NCBI GenBank assembly: GCA_945865935.1
Contig: CAMBFI010000010.1
Span: 96,271 to 128,270, forward strand
Direction of reading: 5' to 3'
Length of the DNA stretch: 32,000 nucleotides
Source: Bordetella parapertussis
GTDB taxonomy: Bacteria > Pseudomonadota > Gammaproteobacteria > Burkholderiales > Burkholderiaceae_B
The notes below the pieces were generated by a model that was not told where the DNA came from, ran no database searches, and saw only the letters and a list, made by a program, of their open reading frames with translations. The position numbers were made by a program, and so were the translations under genes. This document shows, piece after piece, positions 7,129 through 16,559 of this stretch. Within the stretch, counting starts at the first letter, position 1. Each line of letters opens with the position of its first letter.

Positions 7129-7133
7129 TCATC

Positions 7134-7658
7134 ATGAATATTTTTGCTTCTAAACCTTTCTGGTTGTTGGCCGTGCTGGCAGGGCTGATCGCGAGCCTCA
7201 GTGGCTGCGCGCAGGTTTCTAGTGCCAAAGCGGGCACACCCATTGCAGAGGTGTTGAAGCAATATGGTAAGCCCGCTGTCACGTGCCCGACCAAGGACGG
7301 TGGACGGCGTATGGTGTGGACGCAGCAACCCGAAGGTGAGTCAGCGTATGCGGTACAAGTACCGCAAACCGGTTTGATTCAAGCACCCCAGCAAGTGCTC
7401 AGCACGGACAGCTTTGGCGTGATGAGTAATGGCGAAGTATGGACGCGCGAGATGGTGCACTGCCAATTCGGGCCACCTGCCAATATTTCTCGCGATGGCG
7501 TGGGTAGCGAAGAATGGATTTGGGGGTATCGATACATGCGCGCGGGTGACGACGCGCAAATGATGTACGTCTATCTTGGTTCAAACGGTGCGAATGTCAC
7601 ACGTTATGTATCGCAGCCAGACCCCGAGCGTAACCCCGAGGTCATGGGTCGTCGTTAG
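7134..7658 (+). CDS. Hypothetical lipoprotein (possibly with BamE/SmpA-OmlA-like repeats)
   Basis: Signal peptide plus lipobox MNIFASKPFWLLAVLAGLIASLSG|C. It starts 5 nt after the ribA-like stop, so it is probably co-transcribed. The functional assignment is weak. Confidence 0.7.
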   Translation: MNIFASKPFWLLAVLAGLIASLSGCAQVSSAKAGTPIAEVLKQYGKPAVTCPTKDGGRRMVWTQQPEGESAYAVQVPQTGLIQAPQQVLSTDSFGVMSNGEVWTREMVHCQFGPPANISRDGVGSEEWIWGYRYMRAGDDAQMMYVYLGSNGANVTRYVSQPDPERNPEVMGRR

Positions 7659-9169
7659 ACCACGCCTGGAGTACCTGCTTTCGAGGGTGCTGCATCATAG
7701 ATGGGTGGATGGGTCACGATAGACTTCAGTTCGGGATGCGCGACCTTCAAAGCACTCATGTCGGGTTTAGCGCGGCAAAGTTCTGGGTCAGCGGCAAAGG
7801 CTTGCTCGAGCGCGTGTGCCGCGGCCATTAGTTTCCCGTCCTCATACAGTCGCCCAGAAATCTGTAAGCCGAACGGCATGCCGTGTTCGTCTCTGCCACA
7901 AGGCAAGGCAAGGGTTGGATTGGTAGCTAGCGTCACCACATAGGTCAAGCCTAGCCAGTGGTAGTAGTTTTTCATTTCGTGCTTGTCCACCTTTGCTGCG
8001 TAGAGTTCTGTCCACGGGAAAGGCGTAACCGGTACAACCGGCGATAAGATCAAATCGTATTTTTCCGTTGCGGCTGCAAAGGCACGCATGATGCGTGATT
8101 GTTCGAGATGCGCCCAAGCACGATCCGCAAGCGTAATCGCAGCAGCGATATCCATGTTGGCGCGGATGTTTGGCCCGAGATTTTCAGGATTTTTGCGCCA
8201 GATATCGGCAAAGGCAGCCACAAAGTTCTCGGCACGTAAGATATCGAAGGCGCGATCAGCCTCTGCAAAATTTAAGTCAACAGGTTCGCAAGACTCAACC
8301 ATTGGTGTGATGGCTTGCATGCGTTTGCGGAACACGCGGCGGTACTCCTCACCCACGATACAAACACCAAAATCTTCTGTGTAGCCGATACGCAGATTAG
8401 ACAAATCGATATGACGCATCGGCCAAATCGTGGAGCCGTCTACAGGATAGGCAAGCGGGTCCATCGGGTCACGACCAATACTTGCGCCCATCAAAAACGC
8501 GGTGTCAGCCACGGTGCGGCCCATTGGTCCCAACACTGAAATCACGGACCAACCGAGCGCGCGACCATCATTAGGAACCGTGCCGGGCGATGGACGCATA
8601 CCCACGACGCCGCACATCGCGGCCGGGATACGTAACGAGCCGCCTGTGTCGGAGCCTGTGCAGATCGGCAAGAGGTCGGTCGCTAGCGCTGCCGCCGAGC
8701 CACCCGAGGAGCCGCCTGCATTGAGGCTCGGGTTAAATGGGTTGCCGGTGGCACCCCATACTGCATTGCGAGAGTTAGCACCCGCACCCATATCTGGCAC
8801 ATTAGTTTTAGCGGTGACGATGGCCCCAGCGGCGCGCAGTCGTGCGACAAGGCTGTTGTCTTGAGCCGGGACATTCCCACGCAGACCGATATTGCCGTAG
8901 GTGGTTAATAAGTCCTTGGTGTCTTGTAAGTCCTTTACTCCTAGAGGCAGTCCATGCAGCAAGCCAAGCTTATCCCCCCGCATGACAGCGGCTTCAGCCT
9001 CTTTGGCAGTCGCACGCGCGCGATCGAAGTCCGTGGCGGTGATCGCATTGATAGCCGGGTTGTATTGCCCAATACGCGCGATACAAGCATCCATGAGTTC
9101 GACCGGCGAGATCTTTTTGGTGCCGATCAGGCGACGCAGTTCGAGGGCGGAGAGTTCGGGTAGGTTCAT
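7655..9169 (-). CDS. Amidase (amidase-signature family)
   Basis: 504-aa ORF with the AS signature GGSSGGSAAA, GSDTGGSLRIPA and catalytic Lys context LGVKD. Confidence 0.9.
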   Translation of the reverse strand: MNLPELSALELRRLIGTKKISPVELMDACIARIGQYNPAINAITATDFDRARATAKEAEAAVMRGDKLGLLHGLPLGVKDLQDTKDLLTTYGNIGLRGNVPAQDNSLVARLRAAGAIVTAKTNVPDMGAGANSRNAVWGATGNPFNPSLNAGGSSGGSAAALATDLLPICTGSDTGGSLRIPAAMCGVVGMRPSPGTVPNDGRALGWSVISVLGPMGRTVADTAFLMGASIGRDPMDPLAYPVDGSTIWPMRHIDLSNLRIGYTEDFGVCIVGEEYRRVFRKRMQAITPMVESCEPVDLNFAEADRAFDILRAENFVAAFADIWRKNPENLGPNIRANMDIAAAITLADRAWAHLEQSRIMRAFAAATEKYDLILSPVVPVTPFPWTELYAAKVDKHEMKNYYHWLGLTYVVTLATNPTLALPCGRDEHGMPFGLQISGRLYEDGKLMAAAHALEQAFAADPELCRAKPDMSALKVAHPELKSIVTHPPIYDAAPSKAGTPGVV

Positions 9170-9264
9170 AGTCTGATGGCGAGCCAGTTGTTCAAAGGTG
9201 CTCTCAGTATAGACCCGGCAAAACCTCTTGGCATATGCTTGCGCAGTTGTACAATTTGGCCCAG

Positions 9265-9834
9265 ATGAAACAGACGCCAGCCATCCGAAGTATTTTTTTT
9301 GAATTCCTACTGATTGGTCTAGTCAGTTTCGGTGGCGGGATCATGGCCTACGAGCGCCGCTTGCTGCTCGAGAAACGTAAGTGGCTCACCAATGATGAGT
9401 TCATGGCCATTCTCGCGATGGGCCAAACCATGCCAGGGCTGAACTCCGTTAATCTAGCGATGCTATCCGGTGATCGTATACGCGGATTAGCGGGCGCGTT
9501 CGCTGCAGTCATTGGACTGATCTTACCGGGCGTGTGCTTCGTCTTGGCGGCTGCCGTTGCGTACAGCCAGGGTGGTGACTACCCTTTGGCGAATGTGTTG
9601 TTGGCAGGTGTGTCGGCAGGCGCCACGGGTTTGATTGCATCGGTTACCTTGCGGATCGGCAGACCACATTTCAAAAGAGTGAAATCGGTTCCTGTCATTC
9701 TTGCCACTTTTGTGTGCATGAGTTTTTTTAAACTCTCCCTTGTGACGGTGTTACTCATCATGGTGCCCATTGGCCTGTGGTTGCATCGTCCCATTCCAAA
9801 AGAGGTTGAGAGTGCGCCGGAGAACAAAAAGTGA
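9265..9834 (+). CDS. chrA: Chromate ion transporter (CHR) family protein, short-chain half 1
   Basis: LIGLVSFGGG...AYERRLLLEKRKWLTNDEF...GQTMPGLNSVNLA is typical of the Chromate_transp domain. The track start is ATG 9235; I prefer ATG 9265 (MKQTPAIRSIFFEF). Confidence 0.82.
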   Translation: MKQTPAIRSIFFEFLLIGLVSFGGGIMAYERRLLLEKRKWLTNDEFMAILAMGQTMPGLNSVNLAMLSGDRIRGLAGAFAAVIGLILPGVCFVLAAAVAYSQGGDYPLANVLLAGVSAGATGLIASVTLRIGRPHFKRVKSVPVILATFVCMSFFKLSLVTVLLIMVPIGLWLHRPIPKEVESAPENKK

Positions 9835-10364
9835 GCGTCTTACTACAGCTTGCCTTGACCTTCAGTATGCTCTCGGTTCTTGCGGTGGGTGGTGGCACGG
9901 CCGTATTGCCTGAAATGCAAAACGTGTTGGCAATGCGCTTCGGACTCGATCGTCTTGAGTTTGTACATATTTACAGTATGGGCCAACTATCGCCCGGCCC
10001 AAATATGTTGATGGTAGTAATTTTTGGCTACAAGATTGAAGGCTTCTTGGGTGCGGCTGTCGTGCTCTTCTCGTTTTTATTTCCTTCGAGTATTTTGTGT
10101 TTGTCAGTCGGCCGCTTGTGGCACCGCATCGGTGAGCGACCCTGGCGACGAGCCGTACAGAATGCGATGGAACCTATCGCGATTGGTTTGATGTGCTCGG
10201 GTGTCTATGCGGTGGCGCAGGGGGCGATCAATGGATTTTTATCGGCGGCCCTAGCGCTTACGACTCTGTCGTTGATCATGCTCACGCGCATCAACACGAT
10301 GATTTTAATTTTGAGCGCGGGTGTGCTTGGTGGCGCATTGATGGTTGTCTTTGACTGGCGCTGA
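9831..10364 (+). CDS. chrA: Chromate ion transporter (CHR) family protein, short-chain half 2
   Basis: Second CHR domain: LSVLAVGGGTAVLPEMQ...GQLSPGPNMLMV. Its GTG start overlaps the stop of half 1 (GTGA), which indicates translational coupling. Confidence 0.82.
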   Translation: MSVLLQLALTFSMLSVLAVGGGTAVLPEMQNVLAMRFGLDRLEFVHIYSMGQLSPGPNMLMVVIFGYKIEGFLGAAVVLFSFLFPSSILCLSVGRLWHRIGERPWRRAVQNAMEPIAIGLMCSGVYAVAQGAINGFLSAALALTTLSLIMLTRINTMILILSAGVLGGALMVVFDWR

Positions 10365-10389
10365 GACTCGCCAGCCCATCGAGACGTCT

Positions 10390-11175
10390 TTACTCGTTTA
10401 AGCCCGCAACAATATTCGAGAACCCTGAATCGACGTGGATGATTTCACCTGTCACGCCTGCTGAGAGGTCTGACAGTAAGAAGGCAGCCACATTGCCAAC
10501 CTGTTCGATCGTGACATTACGACGCATGGGGGCATTGGCTTCTACAAACTTCAAAATGCTGGAGAAGTCTTTAATGCCGCTCGCCGCGAGCGTCTTGATC
10601 GGGCCCGCTGAAATGCCGTTTGAGCGAATGCCTTCAGGGCCTAGGTTGGCCGCAAGGTAACGGACCGATGCTTCCAGTGAAGCTTTAGCCAGGCCCATGG
10701 TGTTGTAGTTGGTCATGGCCTTTTCAGCGCCGAGGTAAGTCAAGGTGAGCAAAGCACCATTGCGACCTTTCATCATTGGGCGCGCAGCTTTCGCCAACGC
10801 CGGAAAACTATAAGAGGAAATGTCATGGGCAATGCGGAAGGCTTCGCGGGATAAACCGTCAAGAAACTGGCCTGCAATAGCTTCGCGCGGTGCAAAACCA
10901 ATTGAGTGAACTAGGCCATCGAGGCCATCCCATTGTTTAGCAAGTTCTGTAAAGGTCGCTTCGATTTGACTGTCGTCGGCTACATCGCAGGGCAGAACGA
11001 TCTTGCTAGCGAATTCGGCGGCAAACTCTTTGACACGCTCTTCAAAGCGTTCGCCTGCAAACGTAAAGGCAAGTTCTGCACCCTGTTCGTGACATGCTTT
11101 TGCGATGCCATAGGCGATCGAACGATTGGAGATAACGCCTGTGATCAGAATACGTTTGCCGGAGAGAAAGCCCAT
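10390..11175 (-). CDS. fabI: Enoyl-[acyl-carrier-protein] reductase (NADH) FabI
   Basis: 261 aa. [27 protein letters not shown]..., the Y-x6-K region ([16 protein letters not shown]) and [14 protein letters not shown] are classical FabI. Confidence 0.95.
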   Translation of the reverse strand: MGFLSGKRILITGVISNRSIAYGIAKACHEQGAELAFTFAGERFEERVKEFAAEFASKIVLPCDVADDSQIEATFTELAKQWDGLDGLVHSIGFAPREAIAGQFLDGLSREAFRIAHDISSYSFPALAKAARPMMKGRNGALLTLTYLGAEKAMTNYNTMGLAKASLEASVRYLAANLGPEGIRSNGISAGPIKTLAASGIKDFSSILKFVEANAPMRRNVTIEQVGNVAAFLLSDLSAGVTGEIIHVDSGFSNIVAGLNE

Positions 11176-11218
11176 GGACTGGTCCTAGAAGTGAAATAAA
11201 AGATAAGCGAAGTGTAGA

Positions 11219-12520
11219 TTAACTGCGTGAGCCTGTGCCTGGAATCCGTAACTTCATCCCGATCCGCACAGTATCTGATTTTAGATTGTTCAGTGCGCGT
11301 AGGGTAGCCACTGTGGTGCCATAACGTCTGGCGATCGTCGTCAAGGACTCGCCCTTGGCCACAGTATGGGTTCTAACCGCTTGCGCAGCTGCGAGTTGGG
11401 GTGTGATGCGAAGGCCTTGCGCCGCAGGCGTCGGAATGAGCAAGGACTGGTCACCCGTATTTCTTACACTTGTGGGGATTCGATTGGCTTGACGCAGTCG
11501 AGACTCTTGAATACCAAATTTTGCGGCGATCGAGGCGAAGGTCTCGCCTTGCTTGGCGTCGTACATTTTCCAGCTAGATAGCTCGCCCTTGTATTGCGCC
11601 AGATTCGCCTTGAAAATATCGACCTTGTCGCGCGGCAATATCACGACATGATCCTCCTGAGGGGACATCAGGGGTTGATTCAACGACGGATTAAGCGCCT
11701 GAAAATCCTCGAGCGGCATTTCAGCGAGCTCAGCCGCAATCGTGAAGTCTACGTTAACGGTCTTTTTCACAGAAACAAAATAAGGCTGATTACTGACCTC
11801 AGGGAGAAGCACTGCATAGCGCTCTGGGTCTGCGACAATATTTTTGATCGCCTGTAACTTTGGCACATAGTTACGCGTTTCATCTGGCATGTTTAGTGAC
11901 AGGTAATCGGTTGGCTTACCTGCCGCCATGTTGCGCGTCACCGCGCGCTTGACTGAACCTTCTCCCCAGTTGTAAGAGGCCAATGCAAGATACCAGTCGC
12001 CTTGAAACTCGAATAAATACGAAAGATAGTCGAGCGCAGCATTGGTAGAGGCAATAGGGTCACGTCGCTGGTCATGCCACCAATCCTGCTTGAGCTTAAA
12101 TTGCGTGCCGGTACTTGGGATGAATTGCCAAAGCCCCGAGGCTTTTGCGTGGGAGTAGGCGGTCGGGTTGTACGCGCTCTCAACAAACGGGAGTAAGGCG
12201 AGTTCGGTCGGTAGGCCGCGACGGTTAATTTCTTCGACAATGTAATAGAGGTATTTGCCAGCGCGCGAAGCCATGCGTTGCATCGCCTTTGGATGGGACG
12301 CGTAGTACTTGGTCCACTTGTCTACAAGCGGCGTGTTGAGATTGGGGATCGCGTAGCCCCGACGGATACGTTCCCAGGCATCGAGTGGGGGGACGGTGAG
12401 ATCGATGGTGCGGGAGGTGTCTTGTGCGACCAGTCGCCCGCTGTTGTCCGACAGGCCGGCGCAGCCAGTCAAACAAACCAACAATACATAAACCAGGATA
12501 CGAAATTTTTGCATCAGCAT
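11219..12520 (-). CDS. mltD: Membrane-bound lytic murein transglycosylase D-like lipoprotein with C-terminal LysM repeats
   Basis: Lipobox LLVCLTG|C. The SLT core has ESAYNPTAYSHAKASGLWQF. There are two clear LysM modules (YDAKQGETFASIAAKFG, HTVAKGESLTTIARRYG). ATG 12520 overlaps the gloB stop (TGATG); the track uses TTG 12523. Confidence 0.9.
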   Translation of the reverse strand: MLMQKFRILVYVLLVCLTGCAGLSDNSGRLVAQDTSRTIDLTVPPLDAWERIRRGYAIPNLNTPLVDKWTKYYASHPKAMQRMASRAGKYLYYIVEEINRRGLPTELALLPFVESAYNPTAYSHAKASGLWQFIPSTGTQFKLKQDWWHDQRRDPIASTNAALDYLSYLFEFQGDWYLALASYNWGEGSVKRAVTRNMAAGKPTDYLSLNMPDETRNYVPKLQAIKNIVADPERYAVLLPEVSNQPYFVSVKKTVNVDFTIAAELAEMPLEDFQALNPSLNQPLMSPQEDHVVILPRDKVDIFKANLAQYKGELSSWKMYDAKQGETFASIAAKFGIQESRLRQANRIPTSVRNTGDQSLLIPTPAAQGLRITPQLAAAQAVRTHTVAKGESLTTIARRYGTTVATLRALNNLKSDTVRIGMKLRIPGTGSRS

Positions 12521-13332
12521 CAACGAAAGTTATTTTTCCACTCTCGCAGTGCTGCGAAGACCTCGGTGGGGGTCGCGAGAGTGCATTGCGCCCATTGGGC
12601 AGCAGCTTGCGCGACAGGTGGTTGCCGAACACGCATGAAGGGATTGCAGGCAAGTTCTTGAGCGATTGAGCTCGGTAGTGTGGGTTGGTCGTGGTTGCGC
12701 GCTTGTTGCGCTTGTTCTTGCCAGCGCTCGAGCGCTTGATTGCCTGGCTCCACGGTCCGTGCCCAGCGCATATTTGAAAGTGTGTACTCGTGCGCGCAGT
12801 AGACGCTGGTCTCGGGAGGGAGGGCGGCGAGCTTACCTAGCGAATAGTCCATCTGATCCGGCGTGCCTTCAAAGAGCCGTCCGCAGCCTGCTGCGAAGAG
12901 TGTGTCCCCGCAGAATAAGACGGGGGCTCCGTTAAATACCCCAGAGTAGGCAATGTGTCCGGCGGTATGCCCAGGCACATCTAGTACCGCTAGGGTGTAT
13001 CCAAGTGACGGATCATCGATGCTGTCGCCTTCTTGCAGGCGCCTGTCACAGAGCGGCAGTACCTCGGTTGCGGGCCCGAACACGCGGGCTCCGGTTTGCG
13101 CGACCAACTCTGATACACCGCCGACATGGTCTTGATGGTGATGCGTGAGTAAAATGCTCACAAGATTCAGGTTGTGACGTTTCAGCGTGTCTAATACCGG
13201 TGCAGATTGACCTGGATCAACCACCGCAGCAAGCTGCCCATTCGTCAGCAGCCATATATAGTTGTCACTAAAGGCCCTGACCGGGTAAATGCCCGGAGCA
13301 AGTTGGCTAGTTACTATTTTTTCAGCAAGCAT
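12520..13332 (-). CDS. gloB: Hydroxyacylglutathione hydrolase (glyoxalase II)
   Basis: Metallo-beta-lactamase motif THHHQDHVGG and FSDNYIWLL near the N-terminus, as in GloB. ATG 13332 is preferred over the TTG 13338 of the track. Confidence 0.92.
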   Translation of the reverse strand: MLAEKIVTSQLAPGIYPVRAFSDNYIWLLTNGQLAAVVDPGQSAPVLDTLKRHNLNLVSILLTHHHQDHVGGVSELVAQTGARVFGPATEVLPLCDRRLQEGDSIDDPSLGYTLAVLDVPGHTAGHIAYSGVFNGAPVLFCGDTLFAAGCGRLFEGTPDQMDYSLGKLAALPPETSVYCAHEYTLSNMRWARTVEPGNQALERWQEQAQQARNHDQPTLPSSIAQELACNPFMRVRQPPVAQAAAQWAQCTLATPTEVFAALREWKNNFR

Positions 13333-13351
13333 CTTCAATTATGGGAAGCAC

Positions 13352-14143
13352 GTGTCAACAAGACAATCGTCTATTGTAAGTCTCGGCGACTGGTTGCAAT
13401 CCGATTCCGGGCAATATGCCCGGCAGTGGGAGCAGGCTCGCATCGACGCGATTGTTTCGGATGTGTTTGGCTACAACGCGATTCAGCTAGGCACACCAGA
13501 ATTGGACTTGTTACGCGCCAATCGGATGCCTATGAAGGCGTATTGCGGCGCAAGTTTGCCCTCAGATACGCAGCCGAGCGACTGGGTTGGGGTGGTGCAA
13601 GCCGAGCCTGAGTTTTTGCCGTTTGAGACGCAAAGCATTGATTTATTGGTGTTATTTCATGGTTTGGAGCTAACCGAGCATCCCCATGAGGTGCTCCGCG
13701 AGGTGGATCGTGTGCTTGTACCCGAGGGACGAATCGTCCTGTCGGGCTTCAATCCTTGGAGCCTGTGGGGGGCACGTAATCGCCTGCCTGGCAAAAATTA
13801 CTTACCCGTTGCGCCTGAAGCGCAGGTATCGCTGCCAAGACTAAAGGATTGGTTCAAACTTCTGTCATTTGACATCGATTTAGGCCATTTCGGTTGCTAT
13901 GTTCCGCCATTTAGCACTAAAAAGTGGATTGATCGTTTTTCATTTACAGAGCGGGCGGGTAACCGTTGGTGGCCGGTGTGCGGTGGTGTCTATGTCATAT
14001 CGGCCATCAAGCGCGTACCAGGTATGCGACTACTCACTCCTCGCTGGAAGGCCAGGCAATCTAAGCGTGTAGCGGCCCGAGCAGCAGGCGTGGCACTTCA
14101 ACAGAACACGGATCGGGTCACTGAGCACCCAGATCGTCACTAA
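13352..14143 (+). CDS. Class I SAM-dependent methyltransferase-like protein (conserved gloB-divergent / rnhA-upstream gene)
   Basis: Methyltransf_11-like core: IDLLVLFHGLELTEHPHEVLREVDRVLVPEGRIVLSGFNPWS. It holds the conserved position between gloB and rnhA. The track start 13289 would overlap gloB by 44-50 bp, depending on which gloB start is used (ATG 13332 or the track's TTG 13338). I prefer in-frame GTG 13352, but the start is uncertain. Confidence 0.78.
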   Translation: MSTRQSSIVSLGDWLQSDSGQYARQWEQARIDAIVSDVFGYNAIQLGTPELDLLRANRMPMKAYCGASLPSDTQPSDWVGVVQAEPEFLPFETQSIDLLVLFHGLELTEHPHEVLREVDRVLVPEGRIVLSGFNPWSLWGARNRLPGKNYLPVAPEAQVSLPRLKDWFKLLSFDIDLGHFGCYVPPFSTKKWIDRFSFTERAGNRWWPVCGGVYVISAIKRVPGMRLLTPRWKARQSKRVAARAAGVALQQNTDRVTEHPDRH

Positions 14144-14152
14144 GAAGGGTTC

Positions 14153-14614
14153 ATGCAGAACGACGAAGCAGTTGAGATTTGGACTGATGGTGCCTGTAAA
14201 GGCAATCCGGGTCCTGGCGGGTGGGGTGCCTTACTGAAAATGGGTGCTATCGAAAAAACGCTGCATGGCGGAGAGCCTTTGACGACCAATAACCGCATGG
14301 AAATGTTAGCGGTGATCGAGGCGCTCGGGGCGCTAAAGCGGCCGTGCAAGGTGTTGTTGCATGTCGATTCCCAGTACGTCATGAAAGGGATGACTGAATG
14401 GATTCATGGCTGGAAACAGCGCGGTTGGCGTACCGCTGATAAAAAACCGGTGAAAAATGCCGATCTTTGGCAGCGCATGGAGGAGGAAGTCGCCAAACAT
14501 ACGATCACCTGGAAGTGGGTGAAGGGGCATGCGGGTGATCCTGGTAATGAGCGCGCAGATCTATTAGCGAATCGTGGGGTAGAAGAGGCGCGCGCCAAGA
14601 TGTCAGGGGTATGA
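14153..14614 (+). CDS. rnhA: Ribonuclease HI
   Basis: [22 protein letters not shown]...[15 protein letters not shown]...VDSQYV...[18 protein letters not shown] is canonical RNase H1. Confidence 0.95.
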   Translation: MQNDEAVEIWTDGACKGNPGPGGWGALLKMGAIEKTLHGGEPLTTNNRMEMLAVIEALGALKRPCKVLLHVDSQYVMKGMTEWIHGWKQRGWRTADKKPVKNADLWQRMEEEVAKHTITWKWVKGHAGDPGNERADLLANRGVEEARAKMSGV

Positions 14615-14659
14615 TGCCCCTCGTTAGATTGTTTTTTTTACTTTCATGGTTTGAATCGT

Positions 14660-15403
14660 ATGCGCTGGATAATCCTCGACACTGAAACAACTGGACTCGA
14701 TCCTGCTCAGGGGCATCGTGTGATTGAAATCGGTGCAGTCGAGGTGTTGAACCGCACGGTGACGGGAAACCATTTCCACACTTACCTGAATCCTGACCGC
14801 GATAGTGACTTGGGTGCGCTTGATGTGCACGGGCTAACAACCGAGTTTTTGTCGGATAAGCCACGCTTCAAAGATCAGGTTGATGGTTTTCTAAAATTTA
14901 TCGATGGTGCTGAACTGATCATTCACAATGCGCCATTTGATCTGAAGTTTCTTAATGCTGAGCTTGCGCGTATCGCGCGAGACGGCGTGACTAATTTTTG
15001 TGCGGGCGTAACAGATTCGCTTGCTCATGCAAAAACACTGCACCCCGGCAAACGTAATTCCCTAGATGCGTTGTGCGAACGTTACGGCGTGTTGAATTCG
15101 CATCGAACCTTGCATGGTGCGTTGTTGGATTCGCGTCTGTTGGCGGAAGTGTGGCTTGCCATGACGCGTGGTCAAGATAGTCTGATGATTGATCAGTTTG
15201 ATGTGCCTGCAACAGAGGGTGCTGCCGCGAATGAACGTCGCAGCGATGTTGCAAAGCTGGCGGTGATCTTGCCAAGCGCACAAGAGCTAGAGGCCCATGA
15301 GAAGTATCTGGCAGCGCTAGACAAATCGGTGAAGGGTAAGTGCCTGTGGCATAGTTTGGAAGAAGGCGCGACCGCAGAAAAGCCTGCGGACGCTCCAACT
15401 TAA
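14660..15403 (+). CDS. dnaQ: DNA polymerase III subunit epsilon (3'-5' proofreading exonuclease)
   Basis: Exo motifs are ILDTETTGLD (ExoI), IIHNAPFDLKFL (ExoII) and HGALLDSRLLAEVW (ExoIII). ATG 14660 (MRWIILDTETTG) is preferred over TTG 14651. Confidence 0.95.
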   Translation: MRWIILDTETTGLDPAQGHRVIEIGAVEVLNRTVTGNHFHTYLNPDRDSDLGALDVHGLTTEFLSDKPRFKDQVDGFLKFIDGAELIIHNAPFDLKFLNAELARIARDGVTNFCAGVTDSLAHAKTLHPGKRNSLDALCERYGVLNSHRTLHGALLDSRLLAEVWLAMTRGQDSLMIDQFDVPATEGAAANERRSDVAKLAVILPSAQELEAHEKYLAALDKSVKGKCLWHSLEEGATAEKPADAPT

Positions 15404-15447
15404 ACACCCATTCAAACGCTAACTGTCCTAGCTAAGATTTAATGCGC

Positions 15448-16557
15448 TTAGGACAGCACGCCAAGCGTTTTACGTTTAATCAATTCAAAATCAATTTGTG
15501 CACCAAGTCCGGGTCCGTTCGGTGCATGTACCATGCCCTGCGCATCGATCTCAATATCCTGAAGTAAACCGTATTTCTGTGACTCCGAGGGCAGCAGCAC
15601 TTCAAACAGTTCCGTATTCTGCAGCGCCATGATCACGTGCAAATTCGCAAAGTTGTTGAGCGAGTTCCCGCCATGATGCACTTCGTAATTTAAGTGAAAT
15701 GCTTCGGCTAGATGCGCGGTTTTCATGAGTGTTGTGATGCCGCCTTTGACCGCTACGTCCCCTCTTAAGAAATCTGTCGCACGCTCTTTGATCCACGGCG
15801 CATAGGAGTCCAACCCACCGGCTGGATATTCAGTCGCCATAATTGGAATATGCAGATGCTTTTTTAGTTCAACATAGTTATAGATATCGGCGTCCGCCAG
15901 TGGATCTTCATACCAGTAAAAATCCAGATCTTCGATCACTTTGCCGACACGCAGAGCGGCCGGGTAGTCGTAGCTCCAGACAGAATCGAGCATTAAGACG
16001 TAGTCATCGCCCACTGCCTTGCGAACCGCTTCGCAAACTTTGATGTCGTCACGCCAAACTTGTGGCGGATGAATTTTGTAGGCAGCAAGATTCAAGGCTT
16101 TGTAGTGTTGTGCCTCATCCGCATACGCTTGTGGGCTCGATAGCACAGCCGAGCTGATGTAGGCAGGGACACGATCGCGGTAAGACCCAAGCAACTGATG
16201 AATCGGCAGGTTTGCCACTTTGCCGGCGATATCCCAAAGAGCTACATCGACTGCTCCGATGCATCGAGCAGTCGTGGTGCGCACGCGCTTCCACATCGCC
16301 TTATAGAGTCGCTCGCGGTCAAGCGGATTCTGTTGGAGCAAAATGGGTTTCAGATAACGGATGAGGCTTGCGCCATCCATATTCGCCGGAAAAAATGCAG
16401 AGCCTAAAAAGGCATGGCCCGTGATACCTTGATCAGTTGTGATGGCGAGCAAGCCAAGCTTGCTGCCACCTGCAAAGCGGCCAGTGTGTGCACCGTAGCT
16501 GGTGGAGGGGATGTCGTCCCAGCTAAATAGCGTCAGCGTGACGTCTTGAATTTTCAT
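15448..16557 (-). CDS. Enolase-superfamily enzyme (mandelate racemase / muconate lactonizing enzyme family), substrate unknown
   Basis: 369 aa with an N-terminal capping domain and a barrel domain. Putative metal ligands lie in VLMLDSV, YWYEDP and IMATEY. The strand-2 motif reads YKIH rather than a clean KxK. Confidence 0.87.
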   Translation of the reverse strand: MKIQDVTLTLFSWDDIPSTSYGAHTGRFAGGSKLGLLAITTDQGITGHAFLGSAFFPANMDGASLIRYLKPILLQQNPLDRERLYKAMWKRVRTTTARCIGAVDVALWDIAGKVANLPIHQLLGSYRDRVPAYISSAVLSSPQAYADEAQHYKALNLAAYKIHPPQVWRDDIKVCEAVRKAVGDDYVLMLDSVWSYDYPAALRVGKVIEDLDFYWYEDPLADADIYNYVELKKHLHIPIMATEYPAGGLDSYAPWIKERATDFLRGDVAVKGGITTLMKTAHLAEAFHLNYEVHHGGNSLNNFANLHVIMALQNTELFEVLLPSESQKYGLLQDIEIDAQGMVHAPNGPGLGAQIDFELIKRKTLGVLS

Positions 16558-16559
16558 TG

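Noticed and set aside
14605-14639. AGGGG-N7-CCCCT hairpin spanning the rnhA stop codon, followed by a T8 run.
   Set aside because: The stem is only 5 bp and the T-run begins about 11 nt after it, which is not canonical terminator geometry. rnhA and dnaQ are usually co-transcribed or closely linked.
15423-15456. Hairpin CTGTCCTA(gc)-loop-(gct)TAGGACAG between dnaQ and the convergent enolase-family gene.
   Set aside because: The right arm overlaps the stop codon and last codons of the minus-strand gene. Neither side has an adjacent U-tract, and the loop is large. This is too weak to call an intrinsic terminator.
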